A DNA stretch of 44,665 bases from Bradymonadia bacterium (GTDB taxonomy: Bacteria > Myxococcota_A > Bradymonadia > UBA7976 > UBA1532). Under the pieces are notes generated by a model. The model saw nothing but the letters and a program-made list of their open reading frames with translations. It searched no databases and was not told the origin of the DNA. The stretch spans positions 1 to 44,665 of the forward strand of contig JBKAGE010000064.1 of NCBI GenBank assembly GCA_046290225.1, in the 5' to 3' direction. Positions 9,339 to 18,780 of this stretch are shown here, in pieces. How positions within the stretch are numbered: the first letter of the stretch is position 1; every line of letters begins with the position of its first letter. Position numbers and translations under genes: made by a program.

Positions 9339-10628
9339 TCAACGCAACACGAGACGCCAGAGCCCACCGCCCTGATTATCAGCGTTGGTTACGCATTCCC
9401 CGTACGTCGTCGCGTACAAGAACCCGTCAGGCCCCTGACTGATCTGGCTGATGCCCTGCATGTGGCCCACGTGGCGATCAGACGTGATGGCGTCGCCCTC
9501 ACTGACAGTGAGCGCCCGCACAAAGCCCATACACATGTCACCGAAGAGCACTGTGTCGTCCATCAGCCCGTCGTACCGATCCGGCGCGCCGAGGCGATCA
9601 GGCCCACCGACCCAAACCACGCGCACGCGGCGGGGCGGCGCGTCGGGATCATCGAACACATAGGGGTGCTCGAAGTCGCGATCCCAGTGGGCCACAGGGT
9701 TGGTCAAACCCGCTTCGTCGCAGGGGCCTTCACAGACCCCCCAGCCGAAGTTCTGGCCGCCACCGGGAGGCACGAGGTTCACCTCTTCGAAGTCCTCGGC
9801 GCCCACGTCGCCCACCCAGAGGCGCCCTGCGGCGTCGAGCAGGCCCCGCCAGGGTGAGCGCAGACCGTAGGCGTAGATCGCCGGATCGAAGCCCATCTGA
9901 TCGAGGAAGGGGTTGTCCGAGGCCGGCGTGTAGCCCCCATCAGCGTCGGGCACGATGCGCACCACCGCGCCCAGCTGGTTTTCTGGGTTCTGGGAGTTGT
10001 CCGGGAACGTCTTCTCCCCAGAGAGCACCCACATCACGCCCTGGGGATCGAAGCCGATGTCGCCCACGCTGTGCCACGAGCGCTCCGCCCGGGGATCATC
10101 GAACTCGATGACCGTGCCCTGGCGGGTGCCGACCCCGTCGTACGTGGTGCCGTCGAAGGTGTGGCGGTAGACCCCGCTGCCCTGCGCGTTGATGCAGTGG
10201 GCGAAGTAGATCGACTGGTTGTTGGCCCAGTCCGGATCGAAGGCCGCGGCGATGAGGCCGCAGTCCGAGTCGGCGTGCACACCTTCGACGGTGAACTCGC
10301 CCAGGGCCGTCGCCGAGTCGCCTTCGAGGCGGTAATGCACCACTCGACCGAACTTCTCGAGCAACAGGAACTCGTTGCTGTCCCCCGGCAGGAACACGAA
10401 CTCGCTCACGGCCTCGTGCTGCTCGGGCAGCGTGATGGGCTGGAAGCCCACCGCCAGGTTCGCGCCCCCGCCACCACCGGCTCCTCCAGCGCCACCACCT
10501 GCAGCACCTCCACCGCCACTGTCGCTGTCGCCATCGTCGTCACAGGCCACCAGGGGCATGCTCGCCGCGGAGACGAGGGTGAGGGCGGAGAGCCAGCGGC
10601 CCACCGTTCGAGAAGGGGTGAAAGACAT
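9339..10628 (-). CDS. PQQ-dependent sugar dehydrogenase family (GSDH/Asd-like) lipoprotein
   Basis: Lipobox LVAC; IYAYGLRSPWR, VGDVG, EEVN, NFGW and GPDGFLY motifs. Confidence 0.85.
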   Translation of the reverse strand: MSFTPSRTVGRWLSALTLVSAASMPLVACDDDGDSDSGGGGAAGGGAGGAGGGGGANLAVGFQPITLPEQHEAVSEFVFLPGDSNEFLLLEKFGRVVHYRLEGDSATALGEFTVEGVHADSDCGLIAAAFDPDWANNQSIYFAHCINAQGSGVYRHTFDGTTYDGVGTRQGTVIEFDDPRAERSWHSVGDIGFDPQGVMWVLSGEKTFPDNSQNPENQLGAVVRIVPDADGGYTPASDNPFLDQMGFDPAIYAYGLRSPWRGLLDAAGRLWVGDVGAEDFEEVNLVPPGGGQNFGWGVCEGPCDEAGLTNPVAHWDRDFEHPYVFDDPDAPPRRVRVVWVGGPDRLGAPDRYDGLMDDTVLFGDMCMGFVRALTVSEGDAITSDRHVGHMQGISQISQGPDGFLYATTYGECVTNADNQGGGLWRLVLR

Positions 10629-10629
10629 G

Positions 10630-11628
10630 TCAGGGCTCCAGCGAGTTGATCCAGCGTCGCAGCATCTCGATGCCTTCGACGTCTCTCAGTTGCACGAGAT
10701 CGTCCGGAGGCATCAACTTCAGCTCCGGATCGTCACTTTCTCCGCTCACCGCCTGAAACAAGACGCTCTCTTCAGGGCTGCCGGGCACGACACGGAGACC
10801 CACGGTGCTGCCGCTGCCTTCGGTGGGGGTGTTGATGACGTTCTCCAGCAACACTTCGGGACGCATGTCGAAGGCATTCGAAGCCCCGCTGCCGCCGTTG
10901 TGACAGAACGTGCAGTTGGCCACGAAGTAGGCGGCAATCTCACCATCGAGGCCCTCGAGGGGCAAGGTGTAGGGCTCAGGAGACACGTCGAGCACGCCCT
11001 GACCAGCCAGAGCGCTCAAGTCATCGGCGGCGAGCTGACGCGGACCAAAGCCCAGGACCTCGCCGGGCTCCGAGACGTGGCAGCTCTCGCAGTCGAGCTT
11101 GTTGGGGATCCGATGCTCGAAGGGCTCGCCAGCGTCGTCGTACACCTGCACCAGAGCCGAGCGGCGCACATCGCGCAGAGTCGCCGTGGCGCCATCCTCC
11201 GACCACTGGTAGCCATCGTAGATCCAACCCTCGTCGGTCCGGCGCATCACCCGGGTCTCCACAGGGATGGGCTCACCGTCGGGGGTGCGCTTGAAGGCGA
11301 AGGTCTTGAAGAGCATCGAGCCCACGGGGAAATCCCACGGGCTCTCTGTGGTGGCGTTCACCGACATGCCCTCGGGCAGCACGACGTATCGTGTCTTCAG
11401 GCCACCGTTGGTCCACAGGGGCCAGCGGGGGGTGTAGAGAGTGGCCCGTGGGTGCACCACCGAGACATCCCCGAGATCGGGGTAGAGGCCCAGCTCTGCA
11501 ATGTCGGCGGGCAGCTCGTCGGTGGGGGCGTCGATCCAGGCGGCGGAGGTCGAGTCCTCGCCGCTGTCGTCGCAGGCCCCGAGGGCCAGCGGGCACGCGA
11601 TCAACAATGTGGTGAGCAAACGTTTCAT
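10630..11628 (-). CDS. Diheme c-type cytochrome lipoprotein (SO2930-like)
   Basis: Signal MKRLL...LGAC; CESCH and CTFCH heme motifs; PLWTNGGLKTRY, FPVGSMLFKTF and VETRVM motifs. Confidence 0.8.
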   Translation of the reverse strand: MKRLLTTLLIACPLALGACDDSGEDSTSAAWIDAPTDELPADIAELGLYPDLGDVSVVHPRATLYTPRWPLWTNGGLKTRYVVLPEGMSVNATTESPWDFPVGSMLFKTFAFKRTPDGEPIPVETRVMRRTDEGWIYDGYQWSEDGATATLRDVRRSALVQVYDDAGEPFEHRIPNKLDCESCHVSEPGEVLGFGPRQLAADDLSALAGQGVLDVSPEPYTLPLEGLDGEIAAYFVANCTFCHNGGSGASNAFDMRPEVLLENVINTPTEGSGSTVGLRVVPGSPEESVLFQAVSGESDDPELKLMPPDDLVQLRDVEGIEMLRRWINSLEP

Positions 11629-12956
11629 CAGTGGCGCGGGAGGCCCCGGCTTGAAAGCCGGGGAGGGAGAGGGCCGCTCCAAGTTGGCGGAGGGCACAGT
11701 GTATACAGAGAACGAATGAGCAGGTAAGTTGGGCGCATGGACATCAAGCGTGCATACCGTTTCAGGTTTTACCCAAGCAAAGAACAGGCAAAGCAGCTTG
11801 CCCAGACGTTCGGGTGTGTACGCTTCGTCTACAACTGGGCGCTGAAGATGCGCAGTGACGCCTGGAAACATCACCAAGAGAGCATCAGCTACGGCCAGTC
11901 CTCCGCAGCCCTCACGGCCCTCAAGAAGACCCCAGAGCATGCGTGGCTCAAAGACGTAAGCAGCGTACCCTTACAGCAGACGTTGCGCCACCTCACCATA
12001 GCCTTTGGCAACTTCTTCGCCAAGCGGGGGCGCTACCCGAGGTTCAAGCGCAAGCACGGGCCACAGTCAGCGGAGTACACCCCCAGCGCCTTCAAGTGGG
12101 ATGGCCAAACCCTCAAGCTGGCTAAGATGAGGCGCCCCCTCGATGTCCGGTGGTCGCGTCAGGTGCCCAAGGGTGCTCGGGTGACCACGGTGACGGTCTC
12201 CAGAGACTCAGCGGGGCGCTATTTTGTGTCCATGCTCGTCGATGATGTTGTATCGCCCCTGCATAGGGTGAAGGGCCAAGTGGGCATCGACCTGGGGCTA
12301 ACGCACTTCGCCACGTTGTCCACCGGAGAGAAGGTGGACCCCGCAAACGTATTGAGAAAACACGAGAGGAAGCTGGCCCGCTTACAGCGACAGCTGGCCA
12401 GAAAGAAGAAGGGCTCACGCAACAGAGCGAAAGCCCGCACTGAGGTTGCTCGCTTACATGCTCGAATCGCAGACATTCGCAAAGATTTCCTGCATCAACT
12501 CTCCACTCGGCTCGTGCGCGAGAACCAAGTGATTGCCGTGGAGAGCTTGTCCGTGAGCAACATGCTACGTAACCACTGCCTCGCCAAATCTATCGCCGAC
12601 GCCAGCTGGTCGGAGTTCTTGAGGCAGCTTCATTACAAGTGCCTGTGGTACGGGCGCACTCTCGTTGCCATCGACCGCTGGTTTCCCTCCAGCAAGCGAT
12701 GCTCAGAGTGTGGCTACACCCACAAGAAAATGCTGCTCAGTGTCCGGTCTTGGCAGTGCCCCGAATGTGGCGTTACCCACGACCGCGACATCAACGCGTC
12801 CCGCAACGTTTTGGCCGCCGGGCTGGCGGTTTCAGCCTGTGAAGAGCCTGTAAGACCCACCTGCGCTTCGGCGTAACAAGGCACGGCTTGTTGAAACAGG
12901 AAGCGCCCCGAGGTGACTCGGGGAATCCCTGCCCTTCACGGTGGGGAGGATGTCAA
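11629..12956 (+). mobile_element. IS200/IS605-family element, tnpB only (IS1341-like, non-autonomous)
   Basis: Left hairpin CCCCGGCT-TGAA-AGCCGGGG at 11644-11663; right end GAAT-hairpin-GGATGTCAA ending in TCAA at 12956; no tnpA; left junction probably follows TCAT. Confidence 0.85.
11737..12876 (+). CDS. tnpB: RNA-guided endonuclease TnpB
   Basis: AYRFRFYP...FGCVRFVYN N-terminus; RuvC residues in GIDLG, AVESL and DRDINA; CSECG/CPECG zinc finger. Confidence 0.97.
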   Translation: MDIKRAYRFRFYPSKEQAKQLAQTFGCVRFVYNWALKMRSDAWKHHQESISYGQSSAALTALKKTPEHAWLKDVSSVPLQQTLRHLTIAFGNFFAKRGRYPRFKRKHGPQSAEYTPSAFKWDGQTLKLAKMRRPLDVRWSRQVPKGARVTTVTVSRDSAGRYFVSMLVDDVVSPLHRVKGQVGIDLGLTHFATLSTGEKVDPANVLRKHERKLARLQRQLARKKKGSRNRAKARTEVARLHARIADIRKDFLHQLSTRLVRENQVIAVESLSVSNMLRNHCLAKSIADASWSEFLRQLHYKCLWYGRTLVAIDRWFPSSKRCSECGYTHKKMLLSVRSWQCPECGVTHDRDINASRNVLAAGLAVSACEEPVRPTCASA

Positions 12957-12976
12957 GAGGCGGGAGATATAGCGAA
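12800..12976 (+). ncRNA. Predicted TnpB omegaRNA (reRNA): scaffold to 12956, guide from 12957
   Basis: Inferred from the known architecture of IS605 right ends; the 5' boundary is approximate. Confidence 0.6.
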
Positions 12977-13135
12977 CGCCCAGGCTGGATCAACGCCATG
13001 GGCTCACGCAGCCCCCTGACATGGCCGTACATTTGTATTATGACCGGGTTTTGGCCTCTTTCTCCGTGAGACGAGGCCCCTATGACCGCGCATCGGGGAG
13101 ACGCCCGCGAGGGCCCCGCAAAGGCGTACTGATTC

Positions 13136-13939
13136 ATGCTCGACCATTCTACTCGGATCGCCATCCGACTCGCCTGTGACGCTGCCGCCGAGGTGAAGCG
13201 CATCTACGCCGGTCAGTTCGGCGTCGAGACCAAAGCCGACGGCTCCCCCGTCACCGACGCCGACAAGGCCGCCAACGACATCATCCTCGCTGGCCTCGAA
13301 GAGCACTTTCCTGAAGACAACGTGCTCAGCGAAGAGACCCCCTTCGACGCCAACCGGGCCCTCGGCCGCCGCATCTGGTTCATCGATCCCCTCGACGGCA
13401 CCAAGGACTTCGTCAACCGCACCGGCGACTTCGCCGTGATGATCGGCCTGTGCGTCGCCGGCCGGCCCCTCATCGGCGTGGTGGCCGCCCCCGCCCTCGA
13501 CACGTTGTGGGTGGGCGTCGTCGGCCAGGGTGCATTCGAAGAGCGCGACGGCGTGCAGCGGCCGCTGACGATCAGCGACACCCGCGAGGGCCCGCTGCGC
13601 ATGCTGTGCAGCCGCAGCCACCGACCGCCGCAGATCGAGACCCTCGCCGAGCGCCTCGGCCCCGCTGAGCTGCACCCACGGGGCAGCGTCGGGGTGAAGA
13701 TCAGCCTGCTCGCTGCCGGTGAGGCCGACTTGTATCTGCACCCCACCGCCGGCACCTCGCTCTGGGATTGCTGCGCCCCCGAGGCCATCCTGCGGGCCGC
13801 CGGTGGTGAGTTCACCAAGCCGGACGGCAGCCTCATCACCTACGATCCGATGATCACCGCCAACCCCGACGGGATCCTCGCCGCGGGCCCGACAGATCAC
13901 GCTCGAGCGGTGTCTCTGCTCGCTGAAAGTCCTGCTTGA
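13136..13939 (+). CDS. cysQ: 3'(2'),5'-bisphosphate nucleotidase CysQ (inositol monophosphatase family)
   Basis: KADGSPVTDAD, LSEE, WFIDPLDGTKDF, SRSH, GSVGVK and WDCCAP motifs. Confidence 0.9.
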   Translation: MLDHSTRIAIRLACDAAAEVKRIYAGQFGVETKADGSPVTDADKAANDIILAGLEEHFPEDNVLSEETPFDANRALGRRIWFIDPLDGTKDFVNRTGDFAVMIGLCVAGRPLIGVVAAPALDTLWVGVVGQGAFEERDGVQRPLTISDTREGPLRMLCSRSHRPPQIETLAERLGPAELHPRGSVGVKISLLAAGEADLYLHPTAGTSLWDCCAPEAILRAAGGEFTKPDGSLITYDPMITANPDGILAAGPTDHARAVSLLAESPA

Positions 13940-14039
13940 TCTCACTCTGATCCGCTACTTGGAAGAACTCTGGGCATCTCAACCCGTTAGAGTCTCTGGA
14001 ACCAGACGACCCAATGAGAACGACACAGTGAGAGGGCCT

Positions 14040-14828
14040 GTGGACCGACGCCAGTTCATCAACACCACCGCCCTCGGCGCCCTCGGTGCCGGGCTGGTCG
14101 CGCCAGGTGACGCCTTCGCCCTCGGCAAAAGCTCGAAGCTGGGCATCGGCCTGCTCAAGCACGGCGGGGGCTACCGCGAGCGCCCACGATCCGTAGAACA
14201 GCTCATGTGGGAGGTCACCAAGCAGACCAGCATCGACGTGCGGGAGCGCCCGCTCATCGTCGACGCCAGCAGCGCCAAGCTCTACAAGAGCCCCCTGCTC
14301 GTCTGGATCGGCACCGGAGCCACGGCGCCGATTCCCGAAGCCGACCGGCAGCGCCTGAGTCGCTTTTTACGCGCGGGCGGTACGCTGTTCATCGACGACG
14401 CCACGGTGCCCGGGGACGACAGCTTCGACGCCAGCGCCCGCCGTGAGATCGAAGCCCTGATGCCCGACGTGCCCCTCACGCCCATCAGCAACGATCACAC
14501 GATCTATCGCAGCTTTTTCTTGCTGCAGGAACCCTACGGCCGCGTGCGCCGCAAGGCCTTCTTGCAGGGCACGCCCTTCGACGATCGATGCCCCATCATC
14601 TACAACCGGAACGATCTTTTCGGGGCTCTGGGCAGAGATTCCTTCGGACAATGGTTGATGCCTGTGGTCCCTGGTGGGGCGGCGCAGCGTGAGCGGGCCT
14701 TCCGGCTCGGCATCAACCTGCTCATGTACGCCACCTGCCTCAACTACAAACGCGATCAGGTCCACGTGACCGCGATCCTGCGTCGTCGCCGCTGGCGGGT
14801 GGACCGCCCCAACGGGCCCACCCGGTGA
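14040..14828 (+). CDS. DUF4159-like protein with Tat signal
   Basis: DRRQFI twin-arginine signal; FLRAGGTLFIDD, HTIYRSFF and AFRLGINLLMYA motifs; start codon uncertain (14028 or 14040). Confidence 0.8.
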   Translation: MDRRQFINTTALGALGAGLVAPGDAFALGKSSKLGIGLLKHGGGYRERPRSVEQLMWEVTKQTSIDVRERPLIVDASSAKLYKSPLLVWIGTGATAPIPEADRQRLSRFLRAGGTLFIDDATVPGDDSFDASARREIEALMPDVPLTPISNDHTIYRSFFLLQEPYGRVRRKAFLQGTPFDDRCPIIYNRNDLFGALGRDSFGQWLMPVVPGGAAQRERAFRLGINLLMYATCLNYKRDQVHVTAILRRRRWRVDRPNGPTR

Positions 14829-14861
14829 CGCACACAGTGATCGAATCAAAGAGAAGCATGC

Positions 14862-17183
14862 ATGTGGCGTGAGCTGTTCGATCCAGAGGGCGAATTCAAC
14901 GCCGCCCGATTTGTCTGGCTCTCCGACTGGAGCCCCTGGCTGCTGGTGGCCATCGCCGCCCTGGCCATCGGAGTGGTGGTCCTCGGCTGGCTCAACACCG
15001 CCCCCCTGAGCAAGGGCCGACGGCGGCTGTTGTTGAGCCTGCGGCTGGGCACCCTTGTGGTGCTGGGCATCTTGTTCCTGCAGCCCGGGGTGCGCCTCGA
15101 GAACCTCAGCCGGGTGCGCAACCACGTGGTGTTCCTCGTCGACGCGTCGCGCAGCATGGCCCTGCCCGGTGAAGGGGGCATGACCCGCCTCGCCTCGGTG
15201 AAGGCCTTCATGCAACGCCACAAGGGCACCCTCGACACCTGGAGCGCTGATCACCAGATCGATCTCTTCGCTGTCGACGATCGCGCCCAGCCCGTGAGCG
15301 AGATCGAGCAGCTCGAGGCCACCGGTGACGTCACCCGACTACTCAGCGGTCTCGAAGACATCGGCAGCCGCCTGAAGCCCGAAGATCTCGCCGCGGTGGT
15401 GGTGGTGAGCGACGGCGCCGACAACGGCGCCCTCGGCGACGGGGTGGACGAGAACGGCGAGGTCGGTGGCAACGTCGTCGAAGCGGTACAGCGCCTCGGC
15501 GCGCCGGTGCACACGATCTTCACCGGGCCAGAGGAGCCGCCCAAGGACGTCGCTGTCGCCGAGGTGAAGTACGACGACTTCGCCTTCGTGCGAAACGTCG
15601 TGAGCATCGAGGGCAAGATCACCGTCACCGGCTACGACAACCTCGTCCTCCCTGTGACCTTGCGTCGGGGCGAGACCGTGCTCGGCGTGCGCAGCCTGCG
15701 GGTAGAGCGCGGTGTCTCGGAGTACCCCTTCGAGTTCGAGTTCGTGCCCGACAAGACCGGCAAGGCGGTCTTCACCCTGTCGGTCGACATCGCCCCCGGC
15801 GAAGAGATCACCGTCAACAACCAGCAGCAGTTCGTCATCCGCATCATCCGCGACAAGATCCGGGTGTTGCAGGTGGTGGGGCGCCCCAGCTGGGATCAAC
15901 GGTTCCTGCGCAAGCTGCTCAAGAACAACCCCAACGTCGATCTGATCAGCTTCTTCATCTTGCGCACGGGCACCAACCTGATGCTCACCCCCACGAGCGA
16001 GATGTCCCTGATCCCGTTCCCCACCCGGGAGCTCTTCGAGACCCAGCTGGGCAGCTTCGATCTCATCATCTTCCAGAACTTCACCTACCGCGGGTACCAC
16101 ATGCGGCAGTACCTGCCCTTCATCAGAGACTTTGTGGCCAACGGCGGCGGGTTCGTGATGATCGGCGGTGATCAGAGCTTCGCCAGTGGTGGTTATGCCG
16201 GTACACCCATCGCCGAATTCTTGCCCGTGAGCCTGCCCGGCGGTGGCAAGCAGGTGCACACCGACGAGTTCACCGCAGCCCTCACCGAGGCCGGCCGCAC
16301 GCACCCCATCACCGCCCTGAGCCTCGTGCCGGAAGACAACGAAGCACTCTGGTCGAAGATGCCACCGCTCGAGGGGGCCAACCATGTGAGCGGGGTTCGA
16401 GAAGACGCCACGGTGCTCCTGCAGCACCCGAGCCGCACCACCGGTGGGCAGCCGTTCCCCGTGGCGGTGGTCCGCGAGTTCGGCGAAGGCCGGGTGCTGG
16501 CGGTGACCACGGACACCACATGGCAGTGGGCGTTCCAGGCCACGGCAGATGGCGGCGACAACCGCCACTACTACAAATTCTGGGGCAACACGATCCGCTG
16601 GCTGATCAAAGATCCAGCCCTCAACGCTGTACGGGTCGAGGCAGATCGAGACCGCTACCCGCTGGGGGCCGAGGCCTCTCTCGTGACCCGAGTCGTCGAC
16701 CAGGATTTCAGCCCCGCCGCCGACGTCGATGTGACAGTCGAGATCGAACGCACCTCTATGGGAGCAGACGGGCGATTGCTCACCGAGGTGGTTCACCGCC
16801 ACGAAGGCGTGACCACGAAGTTCGGTGAGGTGGTGGTGCAGTTCAAACCCACCGCCGACGGCGCCTACAGCGTGCGCTCGACGGCCACCCTCTCCGGGGG
16901 CGAGGCCTTCGACACCGACGTCTTCGTCGTCGCTGCTGATCCCGTCGAGCTGCGGCGCACCGACGCTCGCCGGGAGACGATGGCCGCCCTGGCGAGCGCT
17001 GGCGGTGGTCAGGGCCTCGACCTCGATGACGATCTCGCAGATCTGAACCGGGTCGAACCCCGCATCATCAAGGTGAACCGCCGCCGTGACGTGCCCCTGT
17101 GGTCCAGCGCCTGGTGGCTGGTCCTCGGGGTGCTGCTGCCCAGCCTGGAGTGGTTCTACCGCCGACGGTGGGGCTTGATGTAG
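14862..17183 (+). CDS. Membrane protein with vWA and class I glutamine amidotransferase-like domains
   Basis: N-terminal TM helices; [32 protein letters not shown]-terminal [10 protein letters not shown]. Confidence 0.85.
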   Translation: MWRELFDPEGEFNAARFVWLSDWSPWLLVAIAALAIGVVVLGWLNTAPLSKGRRRLLLSLRLGTLVVLGILFLQPGVRLENLSRVRNHVVFLVDASRSMALPGEGGMTRLASVKAFMQRHKGTLDTWSADHQIDLFAVDDRAQPVSEIEQLEATGDVTRLLSGLEDIGSRLKPEDLAAVVVVSDGADNGALGDGVDENGEVGGNVVEAVQRLGAPVHTIFTGPEEPPKDVAVAEVKYDDFAFVRNVVSIEGKITVTGYDNLVLPVTLRRGETVLGVRSLRVERGVSEYPFEFEFVPDKTGKAVFTLSVDIAPGEEITVNNQQQFVIRIIRDKIRVLQVVGRPSWDQRFLRKLLKNNPNVDLISFFILRTGTNLMLTPTSEMSLIPFPTRELFETQLGSFDLIIFQNFTYRGYHMRQYLPFIRDFVANGGGFVMIGGDQSFASGGYAGTPIAEFLPVSLPGGGKQVHTDEFTAALTEAGRTHPITALSLVPEDNEALWSKMPPLEGANHVSGVREDATVLLQHPSRTTGGQPFPVAVVREFGEGRVLAVTTDTTWQWAFQATADGGDNRHYYKFWGNTIRWLIKDPALNAVRVEADRDRYPLGAEASLVTRVVDQDFSPAADVDVTVEIERTSMGADGRLLTEVVHRHEGVTTKFGEVVVQFKPTADGAYSVRSTATLSGGEAFDTDVFVVAADPVELRRTDARRETMAALASAGGGQGLDLDDDLADLNRVEPRIIKVNRRRDVPLWSSAWWLVLGVLLPSLEWFYRRRWGLM

Positions 17184-17214
17184 CGTAGGCGGTGAATCCG
17201 CCTGGGGAGCCCTG

Positions 17215-18090
17215 ATGACCGAGGAAGAACTCACCGCCGCCGTCGACGCCCTGGTGGCCACTTACGAGCAGCCCATCGAGCGTCGTCTGCCGCCCAAAGA
17301 TGCCATCGTAGCCACGATGGAGCAGATTCGGCGCCTGCTGTTCCCCGGATATTACGCAGAAGAGACGCTGCCGGCCTCGAGCTGCCGGTATCGAGTGGGC
17401 ACCTGGGTGTGCCAGCTGCTCGGTGATCTCAGCCGCATCATCTTCAAGGCCATGACCCATGACGCGCCGACGAAGCCCAAGGCGCCGCTTCAGGTCGAGG
17501 CCAAGGGTCACGCCGAGGCCTTGGTGCGGGCGCTGCCTACGCTGCGGCAGGCCCTGCTCCTGGACGCTCAGGCAGCCCTCGATGGTGATCCCGCCGCTCG
17601 GGATCTCGACGAGGTGATCCTGACCTATCCGGGGTTTGCGGCGATCACGGTGTATCGCGTGGCCCACCACCTGTACGACGCCGGGGTGCCCTACATCCCC
17701 AGGGCCATGGCCGAGTATGCCCACAACGTCACGGGCATCGACATTCACCCCGGGGCCCGCATCGGACGCTCGTTCTTCATCGATCACGGCACGGGGGTGG
17801 TCATCGGCGAGACCACCGACATCGGCGATCACGTGAAGATCTATCAGGGGGTCACCCTCGGGGCCCTCTCGGTGGAGCGCAAGCTCGCGGGCTCGAAGCG
17901 CCACCCCACCCTGGAAGATCGTGTGGTCATCTACGCAGGGGCCACGGTGCTCGGCGGCCAGACGGTCATCGGCGAGGGCGCCGTCGTCGGCGGCAACGTG
18001 TGGCTGACCTCTTCGGTTGACCCCCGCGTGACGGTCATCGAGAGCCCCCCCACCCTCAACATCAAAGCGCAACGGACAGGCAGCTCGTGA
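17215..18090 (+). CDS. cysE: Serine O-acetyltransferase
   Basis: [35 protein letters not shown] and KRHPT motifs. Confidence 0.93.
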   Translation: MTEEELTAAVDALVATYEQPIERRLPPKDAIVATMEQIRRLLFPGYYAEETLPASSCRYRVGTWVCQLLGDLSRIIFKAMTHDAPTKPKAPLQVEAKGHAEALVRALPTLRQALLLDAQAALDGDPAARDLDEVILTYPGFAAITVYRVAHHLYDAGVPYIPRAMAEYAHNVTGIDIHPGARIGRSFFIDHGTGVVIGETTDIGDHVKIYQGVTLGALSVERKLAGSKRHPTLEDRVVIYAGATVLGGQTVIGEGAVVGGNVWLTSSVDPRVTVIESPPTLNIKAQRTGSS

Positions 18091-18701
18091 GCCCTCGTAT
18101 TCAGCTCGCGGCCCTCATGGCAGTGGCCGGCGCCGGGGTTTTGTTGTGGGCCTTCTTCAGGCCCGAGGCCCGCAAGGCCACGGCACCCGCCCCCACAGAG
18201 ATCTCAGCCCCCAGCCAGCCTTCGAAGACTGCGGCGAGGCCGGTGACTCGCCCTCGCCCCACGCCAGAGGCGCAGCCTTCAGATGCATTGCCGACGGCGA
18301 TGCCGAAAATCAACGCCCCCTCAGTCCAGGTGGCGGAAGAGGCCCCTGATGCAGAGGTGGAGCAAGGCCCGTTCGAGGTCTCGTACGGGCAACACATCCT
18401 GTTCTTCAACGATCCGGAGGAGAACCGGGTGGCCCGAGCCCACGTAAAGCTCACCGTGCCCGACGCCGCGACTCGGGCCGAGGTGGTTCAACGCCGTAAG
18501 CAGCTTTTGCGCATGCTCTACTTCCTCGCCACCCGCCGTAAAGCCGAGCCGGCCCAAGGCCCTGGCGGTCGCCGCCGCTTCGAGGTGGACTACCTCGATC
18601 GCATCAACAACGTCATTCGGGGTGAGCCGGTGCTCGACGTGCGCTTCGAAGACTATTCGGTGGGCCCCAAGCCCGACAAGGACCGGCTCAGCGACCAGTG
18701 A
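18087..18701 (+). CDS. Single-TM protein with FliL-like C-terminal domain
   Basis: N-terminal TM and Pro-rich linker; C-terminal pattern (VKLTV...QLLRML...GRRRF...RINNVI...VLDVRFEDY) resembles FliL. Confidence 0.5.
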   Translation: MSPRIQLAALMAVAGAGVLLWAFFRPEARKATAPAPTEISAPSQPSKTAARPVTRPRPTPEAQPSDALPTAMPKINAPSVQVAEEAPDAEVEQGPFEVSYGQHILFFNDPEENRVARAHVKLTVPDAATRAEVVQRRKQLLRMLYFLATRRKAEPAQGPGGRRRFEVDYLDRINNVIRGEPVLDVRFEDYSVGPKPDKDRLSDQ

Positions 18702-18708
18702 GCCCACC

Positions 18709-18780
18709 ACTCAGTCACTCCAACACTCAGTGAAGACAAGACTCGGTGAAGGCAGGACTCAATGAGTACACGACTCACTG
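18709..18780. repeat. Degenerate 16-bp tandem repeat, about 4.5 units
   Basis: ACTC recurs at 18709, 18725, 18741, 18757 and 18773, between convergent genes. Confidence 0.75.

Noticed and set aside
11737..12876. TnpB as a nuclease-dead TldR regulating the flagellin
   Set aside because: All three RuvC acidic residues and both IS ends are intact, fliC is 13 kb away, and I saw no guide match near it
18709..18780. CRISPR array
   Set aside because: A 16-bp period is far too short and there are no cas genes
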